Shown in pieces: positions 1 to 9,330 of a stretch of 64,000 nt of DNA. Made by a program: the position numbers and the translations under genes. The notes under the pieces were generated by a model. It saw only the letters and a program-made list of their open reading frames with translations, made no database searches and had not been told where the DNA came from. The first letter of the stretch is position 1. Each line of letters opens with the position of its first letter. The stretch is from Prevotella sp. (GTDB taxonomy: Bacteria > Bacteroidota > Bacteroidia > Bacteroidales > Bacteroidaceae): NCBI GenBank assembly GCA_041855505.1, contig JBHAEI010000011.1:15452-79451 (forward strand). The letters run 5' to 3'.

Positions 1-30
1 TACTCTTACAGATTAAGATTTTCGTTTTAT

Positions 31-103
31 GCACCCTTAGCTCAGTTGGTAGAGCAACTGACTCTTAATCAGTGGGTCTAGGGTTCGAATCCCTAAGGGT
101 GTA
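31..103 (+). tRNA. tRNA-Lys (anticodon CTT)
   Basis: 73-nt cloverleaf: acceptor GCACCCT/AGGGTGT plus discriminator A; D arm GCTCAGTTGGTAGAGC; anticodon arm ACTGA-CTCTTAA-TCAGT; T loop GGTTCGAATCC. CCA is not encoded. Confidence 0.97.
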
Positions 104-104
104 C

Positions 105-132
105 AAAAGAGAGGCTTCTGCTTCTCTTTTTT
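105..132 (+). terminator. Intrinsic terminator after the tRNA
   Basis: AAAAGAGAGGC-TTCT-GCTTCTCTTTT stem followed by a T run. Confidence 0.75.
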
Positions 133-211
133 GTTTTATATCCATTTGAATATTATTCCTAAATTAATGATAATATAGGCATGCCTTCTCCCATGCTCAA
201 GATTTTATTTA

Positions 212-219
212 TACTTTTG
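212..219 (+). promoter_or_regulatory. Bacteroidota sigma-A -7 box upstream of the PBP gene
   Basis: TACTTTTG matches TAnnTTTG, about 40 nt before the ORF. Confidence 0.6.
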
Positions 220-260
220 CAGTTGAAATATAAGGCTGAAAGAATATAGAATTTATAAGG

Positions 261-1460
261 ATGCGTAGATATAGTATAATGAAAATATTTCATAAACTAA
301 GGTATAACAGAAGAGGTTGTGGCAGGAGAATACCTGTACGTAGCTTGCTGATGGCGTGCTTCATGTTTGGCTGGCAACAGGGAAAGGCACAGGAATTTGT
401 GCTTGAAGCACCTACCACCTTCAATACAATGCTGCAAGAACTGGGCGAGAGACTGCTAAAAGGCAAGTCGGGAAGCATTGTTGCCGTGAATCCGCATAAT
501 GGAGAAGTTGTTTGTTTGGTAACCAACTCACCCGAGGGGCCTAACGATAACCTTGCTATAGGGAAGGCTTATGCTCCGGGCTCAACGATAAAACCGGCTA
601 ATGCTTTGGCATTTTTGTCGGAAGGAATAGTCGTTCCTACTACGAAATGGATCTGTAATAACGGTTATAGAAATGGGAATATCAAGGTGGGCTGCCATAA
701 GCATCCTTCGCCATTAATGCTGGAAGATGCCATAGCCATATCTTGCAATACTTGGTTTTTAAAGTCGTATATAGCGATGCTGGGCAATAGAACGAAGTAT
801 TCTACCAAGGAAAATGCGATAACGGTATGGGATGAATATATGCGGAGCATGGGGCTTGGAGGCCCGTTGGGGATAGATATGGAGGGGGAGCGTGGCGGTA
901 TAGTTGCTAACGTGAACTATTTGAATAGAAGATATAAGGATGGTTGGACACCACCAACTATTATGTGGGCAGGAATGGGACAGGGAGACATTACCGTAAC
1001 TCCGCTGCAGCTATGTAATCTGGCTGCTTCCATAGCGAATAGGGGTTATTACTATATTCCTCACATCCATCAAGACTGCGATTGGAACCCCCTGCCCACC
1101 AAATATACCGTGAGGCACCAAACGAAAGTTCCAACCGTTTTCTACACTCCCATCGTTAATGCTATGCGAAAAGTTGTTACGAAAGGTACGGCTACAAGTA
1201 TAAATACTCCTTTATATCCGGTGTGCGGGAAGACCGGGACTGCCGAGAATGGAGGAAAGGATCATTCCGTATTTATGGGATTTGCCCCGATGAACAACCC
1301 GAAAATAGCCATAGCGGTTTATATAGAACATGGCGGTTGGGGAGCTGATGTTGCCGCTCCTATCGCATCGCTTATCATGGAAGAATATCTTAAAGGCAGG
1401 CTGGCGCCAAAGTCTTTAGCTTTAGCGAAGCGTCTGGAAGCAATGGTTACGGATAAGTAA
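261..1460 (+). CDS. Penicillin-binding protein, transpeptidase domain only (PBP2-like)
   Basis: SxxK (GSTIK), SxN (SCN) and KTG motifs in order. The N terminus looks like a signal peptide and there is no pedestal/dimerisation domain. Start codon uncertain. Confidence 0.85.
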   Translation: MRRYSIMKIFHKLRYNRRGCGRRIPVRSLLMACFMFGWQQGKAQEFVLEAPTTFNTMLQELGERLLKGKSGSIVAVNPHNGEVVCLVTNSPEGPNDNLAIGKAYAPGSTIKPANALAFLSEGIVVPTTKWICNNGYRNGNIKVGCHKHPSPLMLEDAIAISCNTWFLKSYIAMLGNRTKYSTKENAITVWDEYMRSMGLGGPLGIDMEGERGGIVANVNYLNRRYKDGWTPPTIMWAGMGQGDITVTPLQLCNLAASIANRGYYYIPHIHQDCDWNPLPTKYTVRHQTKVPTVFYTPIVNAMRKVVTKGTATSINTPLYPVCGKTGTAENGGKDHSVFMGFAPMNNPKIAIAVYIEHGGWGADVAAPIASLIMEEYLKGRLAPKSLALAKRLEAMVTDK

Positions 1461-1573
1461 AGTTAGGTGGCAGATTATTCTGCACAGGTAACTTTTCCGG
1501 AAAGAACTGTAAGAAAATAAGGAAAAGCATTCGAGAAAGACTGATAAAAGTGCTTTGTAGGATATTTATTTTG

Positions 1574-1581
1574 TAATTTTG
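1574..1581 (+). promoter_or_regulatory. -7 box upstream of sdaA
   Basis: TAATTTTG (TAnnTTTG). Confidence 0.55.
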
Positions 1582-1608
1582 CGATGCAAATAAGATAAAA
1601 ATGCGATA

Positions 1609-2826
1609 GTGGAATCATTAAGAGAAATATTCAGAATAGGTAAAGGGCCGTCAAGCAGCCATACAATGGGACCTCAACGTGCAGCCAAAATATTTCTGGC
1701 AAAGCACTTGGATGCAAGTCGTTTTGAGGTAACACTTTACGGAAGTTTGGCAGCAACAGGTAAAGGTCATATGACCGATGTTGCCATCTTTGATGTATTA
1801 AAGGATGTTGCACCGGTAGAAATTAAGTGGCTTCCTAAAACATTCCTTCCTTTTCATCCCAATGGCATGGTGTTTCGTTCGTATGATGAGCGGAGCAAGA
1901 TATCCGATGAGTGGACCGTTTACAGCATTGGCGGTGGTGCTTTATCGGAAGGTAAGGGAGAGGACGATATGTTTGCCGTGAAACCCATTTACGATTTGCA
2001 TACGCTGGAGGATATACAGCACTGGTGCGAAACGACAGGTAAGGGTTATTGGGAGTACGTAGAACAATGCGAAGGTGTGGAAATTTGGGATTTCCTGAGA
2101 GACATCTGGCATGCCATGCAGGAAGCTGTGAGGCGAGGGATAGATGCAGAGGGTGTGCTACCCGGTCCGTTGAAACTAGCTAGGAAAGCATCAACCTACT
2201 ATGTTAAGGCACGTGCTTATAAGCCTGCTCTTCAGAGTAGGGGGCTTGTTTATGCATATGCTTTAGCTGTTAGCGAGGAGAATGCAGGTGGTGGAACTAT
2301 CGTAACGGCTCCTACATGTGGTGCTTGCGGTGTTGTACCTGCGGTATTATACCATCTTTCTACAGGTCATGACTTTAGTGAAACAAAGGTACTTCATGCT
2401 CTTGCGACGGCAGGATTGTTCGGAAATGTTGTGAAAACAAACGCATCTATATCAGGAGCCGATGTGGGATGTCAGGGCGAAGTTGGCGTTGCCTGTGCTA
2501 TGGCATCGGCTGCTTCATGCCAATTGTTTGGAGGAAGTCCATCGCAAATAGAGTATGCAGCAGAAATGGGACTGGAACATCACTTAGGTATGACCTGCGA
2601 TCCGGTGTGCGGTTTGGTGCAAATTCCTTGTATCGAGCGTAATGCTTTTGCTGCTTGTCGTGCCTTGGATGCGCAGCTTTATGCTTCTTTCAGCGATGGT
2701 ATGCACCATGTTTCGTTCGATAGAGTGGTGGAGGTAATGAAGCAGACAGGCCACGATATCCCCTCATTGTATAAAGAAACCAGCGCGGGCGGGTTGGCAA
2801 AGGATTTTGTCAGGAAGTCGAAATAA
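1609..2826 (+). CDS. sdaA: L-serine ammonia-lyase, Fe-S dependent, single chain
   Basis: IGKGPSSSHTMGP N-terminal motif; APTCGACG, GCQGEVG, TCDPV and PCIERN motifs. GTG start. Confidence 0.93.
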   Translation: MESLREIFRIGKGPSSSHTMGPQRAAKIFLAKHLDASRFEVTLYGSLAATGKGHMTDVAIFDVLKDVAPVEIKWLPKTFLPFHPNGMVFRSYDERSKISDEWTVYSIGGGALSEGKGEDDMFAVKPIYDLHTLEDIQHWCETTGKGYWEYVEQCEGVEIWDFLRDIWHAMQEAVRRGIDAEGVLPGPLKLARKASTYYVKARAYKPALQSRGLVYAYALAVSEENAGGGTIVTAPTCGACGVVPAVLYHLSTGHDFSETKVLHALATAGLFGNVVKTNASISGADVGCQGEVGVACAMASAASCQLFGGSPSQIEYAAEMGLEHHLGMTCDPVCGLVQIPCIERNAFAACRALDAQLYASFSDGMHHVSFDRVVEVMKQTGHDIPSLYKETSAGGLAKDFVRKSK

Positions 2827-2941
2827 GAGGAGCATGTTACATACTTTTCTTAAGCGATAGGTTTATAGATACGAATAAGCAGTTGGTTACTATCAGAATA
2901 TTTATAATAAAGGTTTGCATTTAAACTATATACGAAGAGGT

Positions 2942-3868
2942 ATGGGTGTATTATATGAATTCTTTAATCGGCAATTAGAGGGCTGGCAAGCAGCTAAGCA
3001 GCGCTTTACCGACCTAGAACAGGTGGAGATAAAACCTCTGGGAATGGTAAAAGCACAGTTTAATCCTGCCAGAATGGTGAGTACAGGGGCAAAAATAGAT
3101 AAAGCAACGTTGGCAAAACGTCCTTGTTTTCTTTGTGCCAAAAACCGTCCGTCCGAACAGATTGTAAAGGAGTTTAATGGCAATTTTGATATTCTTATCA
3201 ATCCTTTTCCCATTCTTCCTGTGCATTTCACTATTCCATCCTGTACCCATGAGCTCCAAAAGATAGCGGGAAAATTCGGAGATATGCTGCATTTTGTGCG
3301 TCAGTACCCGGAAGTTCTTATCTTCTATAATGGGCCGAAGTGTGGCGCGAGTGCTCCCGATCATTTGCATTTCCAAGCCGGAACAAGAGACATTCTTCCT
3401 ATTTTTGAACAGTGGCAACAGCTGGAAGCGACAGCGGCAGTGCTAAAGGAAGTACAAAATACAGGTAAGATACTGTACGTTAAGGATTATATTTCTCCCT
3501 TACTGGCTATAACCTGCAATAATATAGATGAATCCCAAAGATTGTTCGAGGTTGTATATAACTCACTTCCCTTACCAGAAAACGACATAGAACCAAGGAT
3601 GAACATAGTTGTTTGGAAGCAAAAAGAACAATATGTTATCCTTGTTTTTCCACGCTACAAGCATCGCCCTGATTGCTATTCGGCAGAGGGTGAGGCGCAA
3701 TACCTGGTAAGTCCGGGTGCCATTGATATGTCCGGCCTTCTGATAATGCCACGGAAAGAGGACTTTGATAGGATAACTCCTTCAAAGGCTGCTGCCATTT
3801 TGCGTGAGGTTAGCTTACCAAAGTCTGCTATGGACGAGGTAATCGAGAGAATAAAGAAAGCTAAGTAA
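2942..3868 (+). CDS. DUF4922-like protein with an HxHxQ (GalT/Apa-type nucleotidyltransferase/phosphorylase) motif
   Basis: QFNPAR, RPCFLC, NPFPI and YNGPKCGASAPDHLHFQAG motifs. ATG at 2942 preferred over TTG at 2915. Confidence 0.8.
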   Translation: MGVLYEFFNRQLEGWQAAKQRFTDLEQVEIKPLGMVKAQFNPARMVSTGAKIDKATLAKRPCFLCAKNRPSEQIVKEFNGNFDILINPFPILPVHFTIPSCTHELQKIAGKFGDMLHFVRQYPEVLIFYNGPKCGASAPDHLHFQAGTRDILPIFEQWQQLEATAAVLKEVQNTGKILYVKDYISPLLAITCNNIDESQRLFEVVYNSLPLPENDIEPRMNIVVWKQKEQYVILVFPRYKHRPDCYSAEGEAQYLVSPGAIDMSGLLIMPRKEDFDRITPSKAAAILREVSLPKSAMDEVIERIKKAK

Positions 3869-3891
3869 ACCCGATAATTGCAATTAATGTT

Positions 3892-5220
3892 ATGTTAAGT
3901 TTCGATAAAGAGCCCCTTGTTCATGTTGGGATTGTAAGCGCCAGAAGTATCTCGTTTACCCTTAATGGCGCGTTTGTTTTGGCGGAAAGCAGTTTGGAAG
4001 GCAATCAGGAGGTATGCTTTCAAGGGGGGAAGATTGCTTACAATGGGAAAGAATATACAGAACTGATCTTTAGTCCGTTGCAGAAATCATCTACATTTAC
4101 ACTTCAGGATGTAACGATAGGCGTGAATTTCCACTGGGAACGGCATGAAGCCCAGACTTTCGAAGGCTCTTTACGCCTTATCGTTGATGGCGTTAAGATT
4201 TGTGCCATTAATATTATTCCCCTTGAGGAATACCTGAAAAGTGTTATTTCCAGTGAGATGAGTTCTACCTCTTCATCTGAGTTGCTGAAGGCACATGCTG
4301 TTATTTCAAGAAGCTGGCTGCTCTCCCAGATAAGAAACCGACAGCAGAAACAACCAAAGCAATCGGCTATCCATCAGTTTATAGAAGATGAAAGCACCCT
4401 CATACGATGGTTTGACAGAGAGGATCATACGCTCTTTGATGTTTGTGCCGACGACCATTGCCAGCGCTATCAGGGCATAGGCAGAATGCACAACGATTAT
4501 GCTTTGTCTGCTATTGAGGCGACAAGGGGGCAGGTACTTACAAGCAATGGCGATTTGTGCGATGCCCGTTTCTCGAAATGTTGTGGTGGAGTGTCGGAGG
4601 AGTTCCAATATTGTTGGGATAATATCAAATATCCTTATCTGCGGGCTGTAGCCGATGTTGCTCCGAAAAAAGAGTTGGATATTCCCGATTTAACCAATGA
4701 AAGCAATGCCGAGAAATGGATTATGGGTAAGGAAGATGCCTTCTGTAATACTGGCGACAAGGCTATCCTGCAACAGGTATTGAATGATTACGATCAGGAA
4801 ACAGCCGACTTTTATCGCTGGAAGGTAAAGTTTTCGCAAGATGAACTTTCGGCTTTGCTTCGTAAAAAATTAGGAATAGACTTTGGGAGCATCGTCGATA
4901 TGATTCCCTTAAAACGGGGAAAGAGTGGCAGAATTTACGAATTAAAGATTGTAGGAACAAGGAAAACGCTGGTTTTGGGCAAGGAATTAGAGATAAGACG
5001 TGCCCTAAGCGAGTCGCATTTATACAGTTCAGCCTTTGTTGTGTATAAGGGAAATGAGCAGAGTGGCATACCGCAAGCCTTCACACTGATTGGTGCCGGA
5101 TGGGGACATGGTGTGGGATTATGCCAGATAGGAGCTGCCGTTATGGGGGCACGAGGATATGACTATCTCTCTATATTGAGACATTATTATCAAGGTGCAG
5201 CAATAGAAACATTATATTAG
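3892..5220 (+). CDS. SpoIID/LytB domain protein (putative lytic transglycosylase / amidase enhancer)
   Basis: LEEYLKSVISSEM, LKAHAVISR, DVCADDHCQRYQG and GWGHGVGLCQIGA motifs. Confidence 0.9.
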   Translation: MLSFDKEPLVHVGIVSARSISFTLNGAFVLAESSLEGNQEVCFQGGKIAYNGKEYTELIFSPLQKSSTFTLQDVTIGVNFHWERHEAQTFEGSLRLIVDGVKICAINIIPLEEYLKSVISSEMSSTSSSELLKAHAVISRSWLLSQIRNRQQKQPKQSAIHQFIEDESTLIRWFDREDHTLFDVCADDHCQRYQGIGRMHNDYALSAIEATRGQVLTSNGDLCDARFSKCCGGVSEEFQYCWDNIKYPYLRAVADVAPKKELDIPDLTNESNAEKWIMGKEDAFCNTGDKAILQQVLNDYDQETADFYRWKVKFSQDELSALLRKKLGIDFGSIVDMIPLKRGKSGRIYELKIVGTRKTLVLGKELEIRRALSESHLYSSAFVVYKGNEQSGIPQAFTLIGAGWGHGVGLCQIGAAVMGARGYDYLSILRHYYQGAAIETLY

Positions 5221-5237
5221 ACAAGTTTTGAAACTTT

Positions 5238-6578
5238 ATGGATGTAAATAATGATATAATATATGGTATTCCCGTTTTCGAGAAACGGCATTATCATCTT
5301 ATATGGTTACCCACATTATATCTAATGAGGGGACTGCCTTATATATTATTATTTTTCACCTCGATAGTCTTTTATTCACAGTTACGTGTCGATACAAGCT
5401 ATATTACCTTATCTACTTCTTGGTTTATCGTTCCATTTATCTTGCGTCCTTTTCTTGGCAGACTGGTACTTAGTTTTGAGAGTAAGCGTTATTGGATATT
5501 GCTTTGCGAATTTATTATCGGAATGAGTCTGTTCGGAATAGCTCTTTCTATACCCCTAAAGCAGTGGTATGCTGTAAGTTATGCTTTCTTTTGTATTATA
5601 GGAATAGCCGCAGCTATTCATGATATAGCCATAGAACGCTTCTATAAACGTAGCGCAAATATAAAGCGGAAATCGGCTTTTGTCGGGTTACGTTCGTTTT
5701 TTTATTTGCTTTCCGTAGTGGTAGGCTTCGCAATGCCCATTATATTTGTGGGTAACTTAGAGGTGATGGACAGGCTTATAAGAACGCCATGGATAAAAGT
5801 CTTCAATCTGTTAGGTATCTTTTCGCTGTTGATGATGGTATATCACGCCATCTTTTTGCCGCCGGCCTATGTCCATTCTAACATGCCTTTGGTGAACGGA
5901 CTGACGATAAAATGGATTAAAGACATTGTAGAGGGGCAAAAGAAACGTCCATATTTTCAAAATCATTTTATTTTTCTCTTGTGTTTCATGCTGCCAAATT
6001 TTATGACGTTAAGGACACTTACCGCTTTCTTATTGGATGTTCCAAGTGGTGGAGGCTTGGCTTTTTCTCCACAGGAAGTGGGATACATACAAGGGACGAT
6101 AGGACTGTTCGCTTTCATTTTAGGCTTGGTTGTAGGGAACAATGGCGTAAAAACCTATGGGTTATACAGATTGCGGTGGCCTATGTTTCTGGCCTTGTTC
6201 CTACCCAAGATATTGTTTGTGTACCTTAGCTTCTCCTATAATCATTCCATCGAGATAGCCTCTATAGCTGTTTTCTTGGATCATTTTGGTTTGGGAGTAG
6301 GAGCAAACATGTACGCGTTACCTTTACTATACTTTACCAATGCCAAGCACCCAACGTTTACTTATGCCATGGGAGCTTCCGTTTTCGGAGCTTCAATACT
6401 CATGGCAAGTTTGCTGACAGGCTTTTTACAGGAGTATTTCAGTTATAGACAGGTATTTATATTTATTATTTTTACCAACCTGATAAGTATGCTTATTCTG
6501 AAATTTCAGAATTTTGACGAAGGTTTGGACAATAAATTCAAGAATTTTACGATTAAAAGGAAGATGGATATTCTTTAA
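5238..6578 (+). CDS. MFS transporter, AmpG-like muropeptide permease
   Basis: About 12 hydrophobic segments; 'PTLYLMRGLPY' and 'AAAIHDIAI' resemble AmpG-family motifs; lies directly after the SpoIID gene. Confidence 0.7.
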   Translation: MDVNNDIIYGIPVFEKRHYHLIWLPTLYLMRGLPYILLFFTSIVFYSQLRVDTSYITLSTSWFIVPFILRPFLGRLVLSFESKRYWILLCEFIIGMSLFGIALSIPLKQWYAVSYAFFCIIGIAAAIHDIAIERFYKRSANIKRKSAFVGLRSFFYLLSVVVGFAMPIIFVGNLEVMDRLIRTPWIKVFNLLGIFSLLMMVYHAIFLPPAYVHSNMPLVNGLTIKWIKDIVEGQKKRPYFQNHFIFLLCFMLPNFMTLRTLTAFLLDVPSGGGLAFSPQEVGYIQGTIGLFAFILGLVVGNNGVKTYGLYRLRWPMFLALFLPKILFVYLSFSYNHSIEIASIAVFLDHFGLGVGANMYALPLLYFTNAKHPTFTYAMGASVFGASILMASLLTGFLQEYFSYRQVFIFIIFTNLISMLILKFQNFDEGLDNKFKNFTIKRKMDIL

Positions 6579-6688
6579 ACTTTTTCGTAAATAGCCAATC
6601 TTAAAGTAAGTAGGGGTTGTGCAGGGAGGGGAAAAAATGAGTAAACAAGATTTATAATTTAATTAGAATACAAATAAATATTAGAGAG

Positions 6689-7612
6689 ATGAAAAAGATT
6701 AAATTTCTATTAGTAGGCACTTTACTTGCGGTATTGGCGTCATGTGGAACATCGGAACGTGTTCCATTGACAGGTCGCACGCATCGTATAGCTGTTTCGG
6801 ATCAGCAGATCCTTAGTTTAAGTAATCAGGAATATAGGAAATTTATGGCGAGTGCCAAGAAATCGACAGATGCCACAAACACAGCTATGGTACAACGTGT
6901 TGGCAGGCGTTTGGCGACAGCTGTTGAAACATATCTGCGCAATAATGGCTTTCAGAACGAGATCCAGAACTTCCAATGGGAGTTTAATCTTATCCAAAAT
7001 AAGCAGGCTAACGCTTTCTGCATGCCCGGAGGCAAGATTGTTGTATATGAAGGTTTGCTTCCATATACACAGAATGAGGCAGGTTTGGCAATTGTATTAG
7101 GTCATGAGATAGCACATGCAGTTGCAAAGCATAGTGCAGAACAGATTACAAAGCAGCAGAATCAAAGTATTGGTACATCTGTTTTAGGCACGGTGTTGAA
7201 CTCCACTGTTGGAGGGGGAGTAGGCGATATTGCCTCTCAGGTGGCAAGTGGCGTGTTCACTTTTCACAATCTGAAGTATAGCCGAGAGAATGAAAGTGAG
7301 GCAGATTACATGGGACTTATCTTTGCAGCTATGGCAGGCTACGACCCCGCCAACGCCGTATCTTTCTGGAAACGTATGGCATCAGGACAACAAAACAGTG
7401 GCTCTGATGTATTAAGCGATCACCCATCTGATGAAAAGCGTATTGCAAATATTCAGAAATGGTTGCCGGAAGCAGAAAAATATTATCATGGAAATTCTGG
7501 TGCAAGAGCCTCATCTACTACACGAAAAAATACTGTCGGTACCAAATCGAAGACTACGACAAAGGCATCAAAGAACAAATATTCTTCCGGTTCAAGACGT
7601 ACCAGCATCTAA
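6689..7612 (+). CDS. M48 family zinc metallopeptidase, lipoprotein
   Basis: Lipobox LASC; NAFCMPGG, HEIAH (HExxH), YSRENESEAD and DHPSD motifs; basic Ser/Thr-rich tail. Confidence 0.9.
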   Translation: MKKIKFLLVGTLLAVLASCGTSERVPLTGRTHRIAVSDQQILSLSNQEYRKFMASAKKSTDATNTAMVQRVGRRLATAVETYLRNNGFQNEIQNFQWEFNLIQNKQANAFCMPGGKIVVYEGLLPYTQNEAGLAIVLGHEIAHAVAKHSAEQITKQQNQSIGTSVLGTVLNSTVGGGVGDIASQVASGVFTFHNLKYSRENESEADYMGLIFAAMAGYDPANAVSFWKRMASGQQNSGSDVLSDHPSDEKRIANIQKWLPEAEKYYHGNSGARASSTTRKNTVGTKSKTTTKASKNKYSSGSRRTSI

Positions 7613-7676
7613 ATTCATAAGTATCTGATAGAGAAAATGTTATCAACTTAATCAGACTTCGAGAAATAATTCCTTT

Positions 7677-7764
7677 TAAAAGGTGCCCTTTTGCCGAGCA
7701 AAAGGGCACCTTTTTCATTGTAAAAGACGGTCTTTAGCCAAGGAATAGGTGGCCTTTAGCAAAA
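7677..7764. repeat. 22-bp-period quasi-palindromic array A (4 units)
   Basis: TAAAAGGTGCCCTTTTGCCGAG / CAAAAGGGCACCTTTTTCATTG / TAAAAGACGGTCTTTAGCCAAG / GAATAGGTGGCCTTTAGCAAAA. Units 1-2 form a perfect 16-bp stem with a CCGAG loop. Confidence 0.8.
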
Positions 7765-7885
7765 TAGAGATAATGTGGTATATCCCCAAGCCCGGTTCCT
7801 TACTCATACTTTTTTAACCAAACACTTGGTGCATATTACTTTTTTGTATAACTTTACATCATCATCTTGTTAAATATAAAAGGCT

Positions 7886-8338
7886 ATGGCAGAATTTTTT
7901 GCAGAAAATATGTGGTCGGCGTGGATACTTTTAACCTTAGCCTGCCTTATCATAGAACTTACGAGTGGAGACTTTTTTGTGATGTGCTTTGCTATAGGCG
8001 CATTGTGTACGGCTATTATTTCGGCGTTTACCGACAGCTTAACGGTACAGATTATCTCCTTTGCCGTATTCAGTGTTCTTTGTATTTTATTCGTGCGACC
8101 GGTAGCTTTGAAGTATTTTCATAAGGCAGGAGAGCACCGAAAGAGCAATGTCGATGCGCTTATAGGCAGAGTGGGAAAGGTTGCCGAGACAATTGAAACA
8201 AATGGTTTCGGCAGAGTTCAGGTGGATGGCGACTACTGGAAAGCCAGAACAGCCGACGGCTCTTCTATCAAGAGCGGACAGGAAGTGAAAATAAAGTCGG
8301 TCGATTCAACTATTATTGAAGTGGAACCTGTAAAGTAG
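7886..8338 (+). CDS. NfeD-like C-terminal (OB-fold) membrane protein
   Basis: Hydrophobic N terminus; SNVDALIGRVGKV and GRVQVDGDYWKA motifs; lies upstream of the SPFH gene. Confidence 0.88.
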   Translation: MAEFFAENMWSAWILLTLACLIIELTSGDFFVMCFAIGALCTAIISAFTDSLTVQIISFAVFSVLCILFVRPVALKYFHKAGEHRKSNVDALIGRVGKVAETIETNGFGRVQVDGDYWKARTADGSSIKSGQEVKIKSVDSTIIEVEPVK

Positions 8339-8362
8339 TTATTAACTAAAAACATAAGAATT

Positions 8363-9316
8363 ATGGATATTGTAAGTTATGTATTGATAGCCATTGTAGT
8401 GTTGGCTATTATCTTTATTAAGAAATCGTTGGTGATTATTTCTCAAAGTGAGACGAGAATTATAGAACGTTTGGGTAAGTATTATGCTACCCTTCAGCCC
8501 GGTATCAACGTTATTATTCCTTTTATCGACAGGGCAAAAGAAATAGTTTCTATCCGTTCCGGCAGATACGTATATACCAGTTCTATCGATTTGCGGGAGC
8601 AGGTATATGACTTCGACCGCCAGAATGTGATTACGAAAGACAATATCCAGATGCAAATCAACGCCTTGTTGTACTTCCAAATCGTCGATCCGTTCAAGGC
8701 TGTTTATGAAATCAACAATCTTCCCAATGCGATAGAGAAACTGACACAGACCACGTTGCGTAACATCATTGGTGAGATGGAACTCGACCAGACCCTTACT
8801 TCACGCGATACCATCAATACAAAGCTGCGTTCCGTACTCGACGATGCTACCAATAAGTGGGGTATTAAGGTGAACAGAGTAGAGCTGCAGGATATTACTC
8901 CGCCGGAAAGCGTTCTTCAAGCAATGGAGAAGCAGATGCAGGCCGAGCGCAACAAGCGTGCCACCATCCTTACAAGTGAGGGCGAAAAGCAGGCGGCCAT
9001 CCTACAGTCGGAAGGCGAAAAAACATCTATGATTAACCGTGCCGAAGCTGATAAGCAGCAGCAAATCCTTATTGCCGAAGGGCAGGCACAGGCCAGAATA
9101 AGAAAGGCTGAGGCCGAAGCCATAGCCATTCAGAAGATAACGGATGCCGTAGGGCAGAGCACTAACCCTGCCAACTACCTCATTGCCCAGAAATACATAC
9201 AGATGCTTACCGACTTGGCAAAGAATGGCAACCAGAAAACGGTTTATCTTCCATTCGAAGCAAGTAATCTGATGGGCTCTATAGGAGGTATCAGGGATAT
9301 GTTTAAGGAAAAGTAA
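8363..9316 (+). CDS. SPFH/Band 7/prohibitin domain protein (QmcA-like)
   Basis: N-terminal TM segment; IIERLGKY, QNVITKDN, TTLRNIIG and KWGIKVNRVE motifs; AE-rich coiled coil. Confidence 0.92.
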   Translation: MDIVSYVLIAIVVLAIIFIKKSLVIISQSETRIIERLGKYYATLQPGINVIIPFIDRAKEIVSIRSGRYVYTSSIDLREQVYDFDRQNVITKDNIQMQINALLYFQIVDPFKAVYEINNLPNAIEKLTQTTLRNIIGEMELDQTLTSRDTINTKLRSVLDDATNKWGIKVNRVELQDITPPESVLQAMEKQMQAERNKRATILTSEGEKQAAILQSEGEKTSMINRAEADKQQQILIAEGQAQARIRKAEAEAIAIQKITDAVGQSTNPANYLIAQKYIQMLTDLAKNGNQKTVYLPFEASNLMGSIGGIRDMFKEK

Positions 9317-9330
9317 TAAGTAAAATAATA

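Noticed and set aside
31-260. tRNA-Lys as an integration site for an island
   Set aside because: No integrase follows and no duplicated tRNA 3' end was noticed elsewhere in the window.
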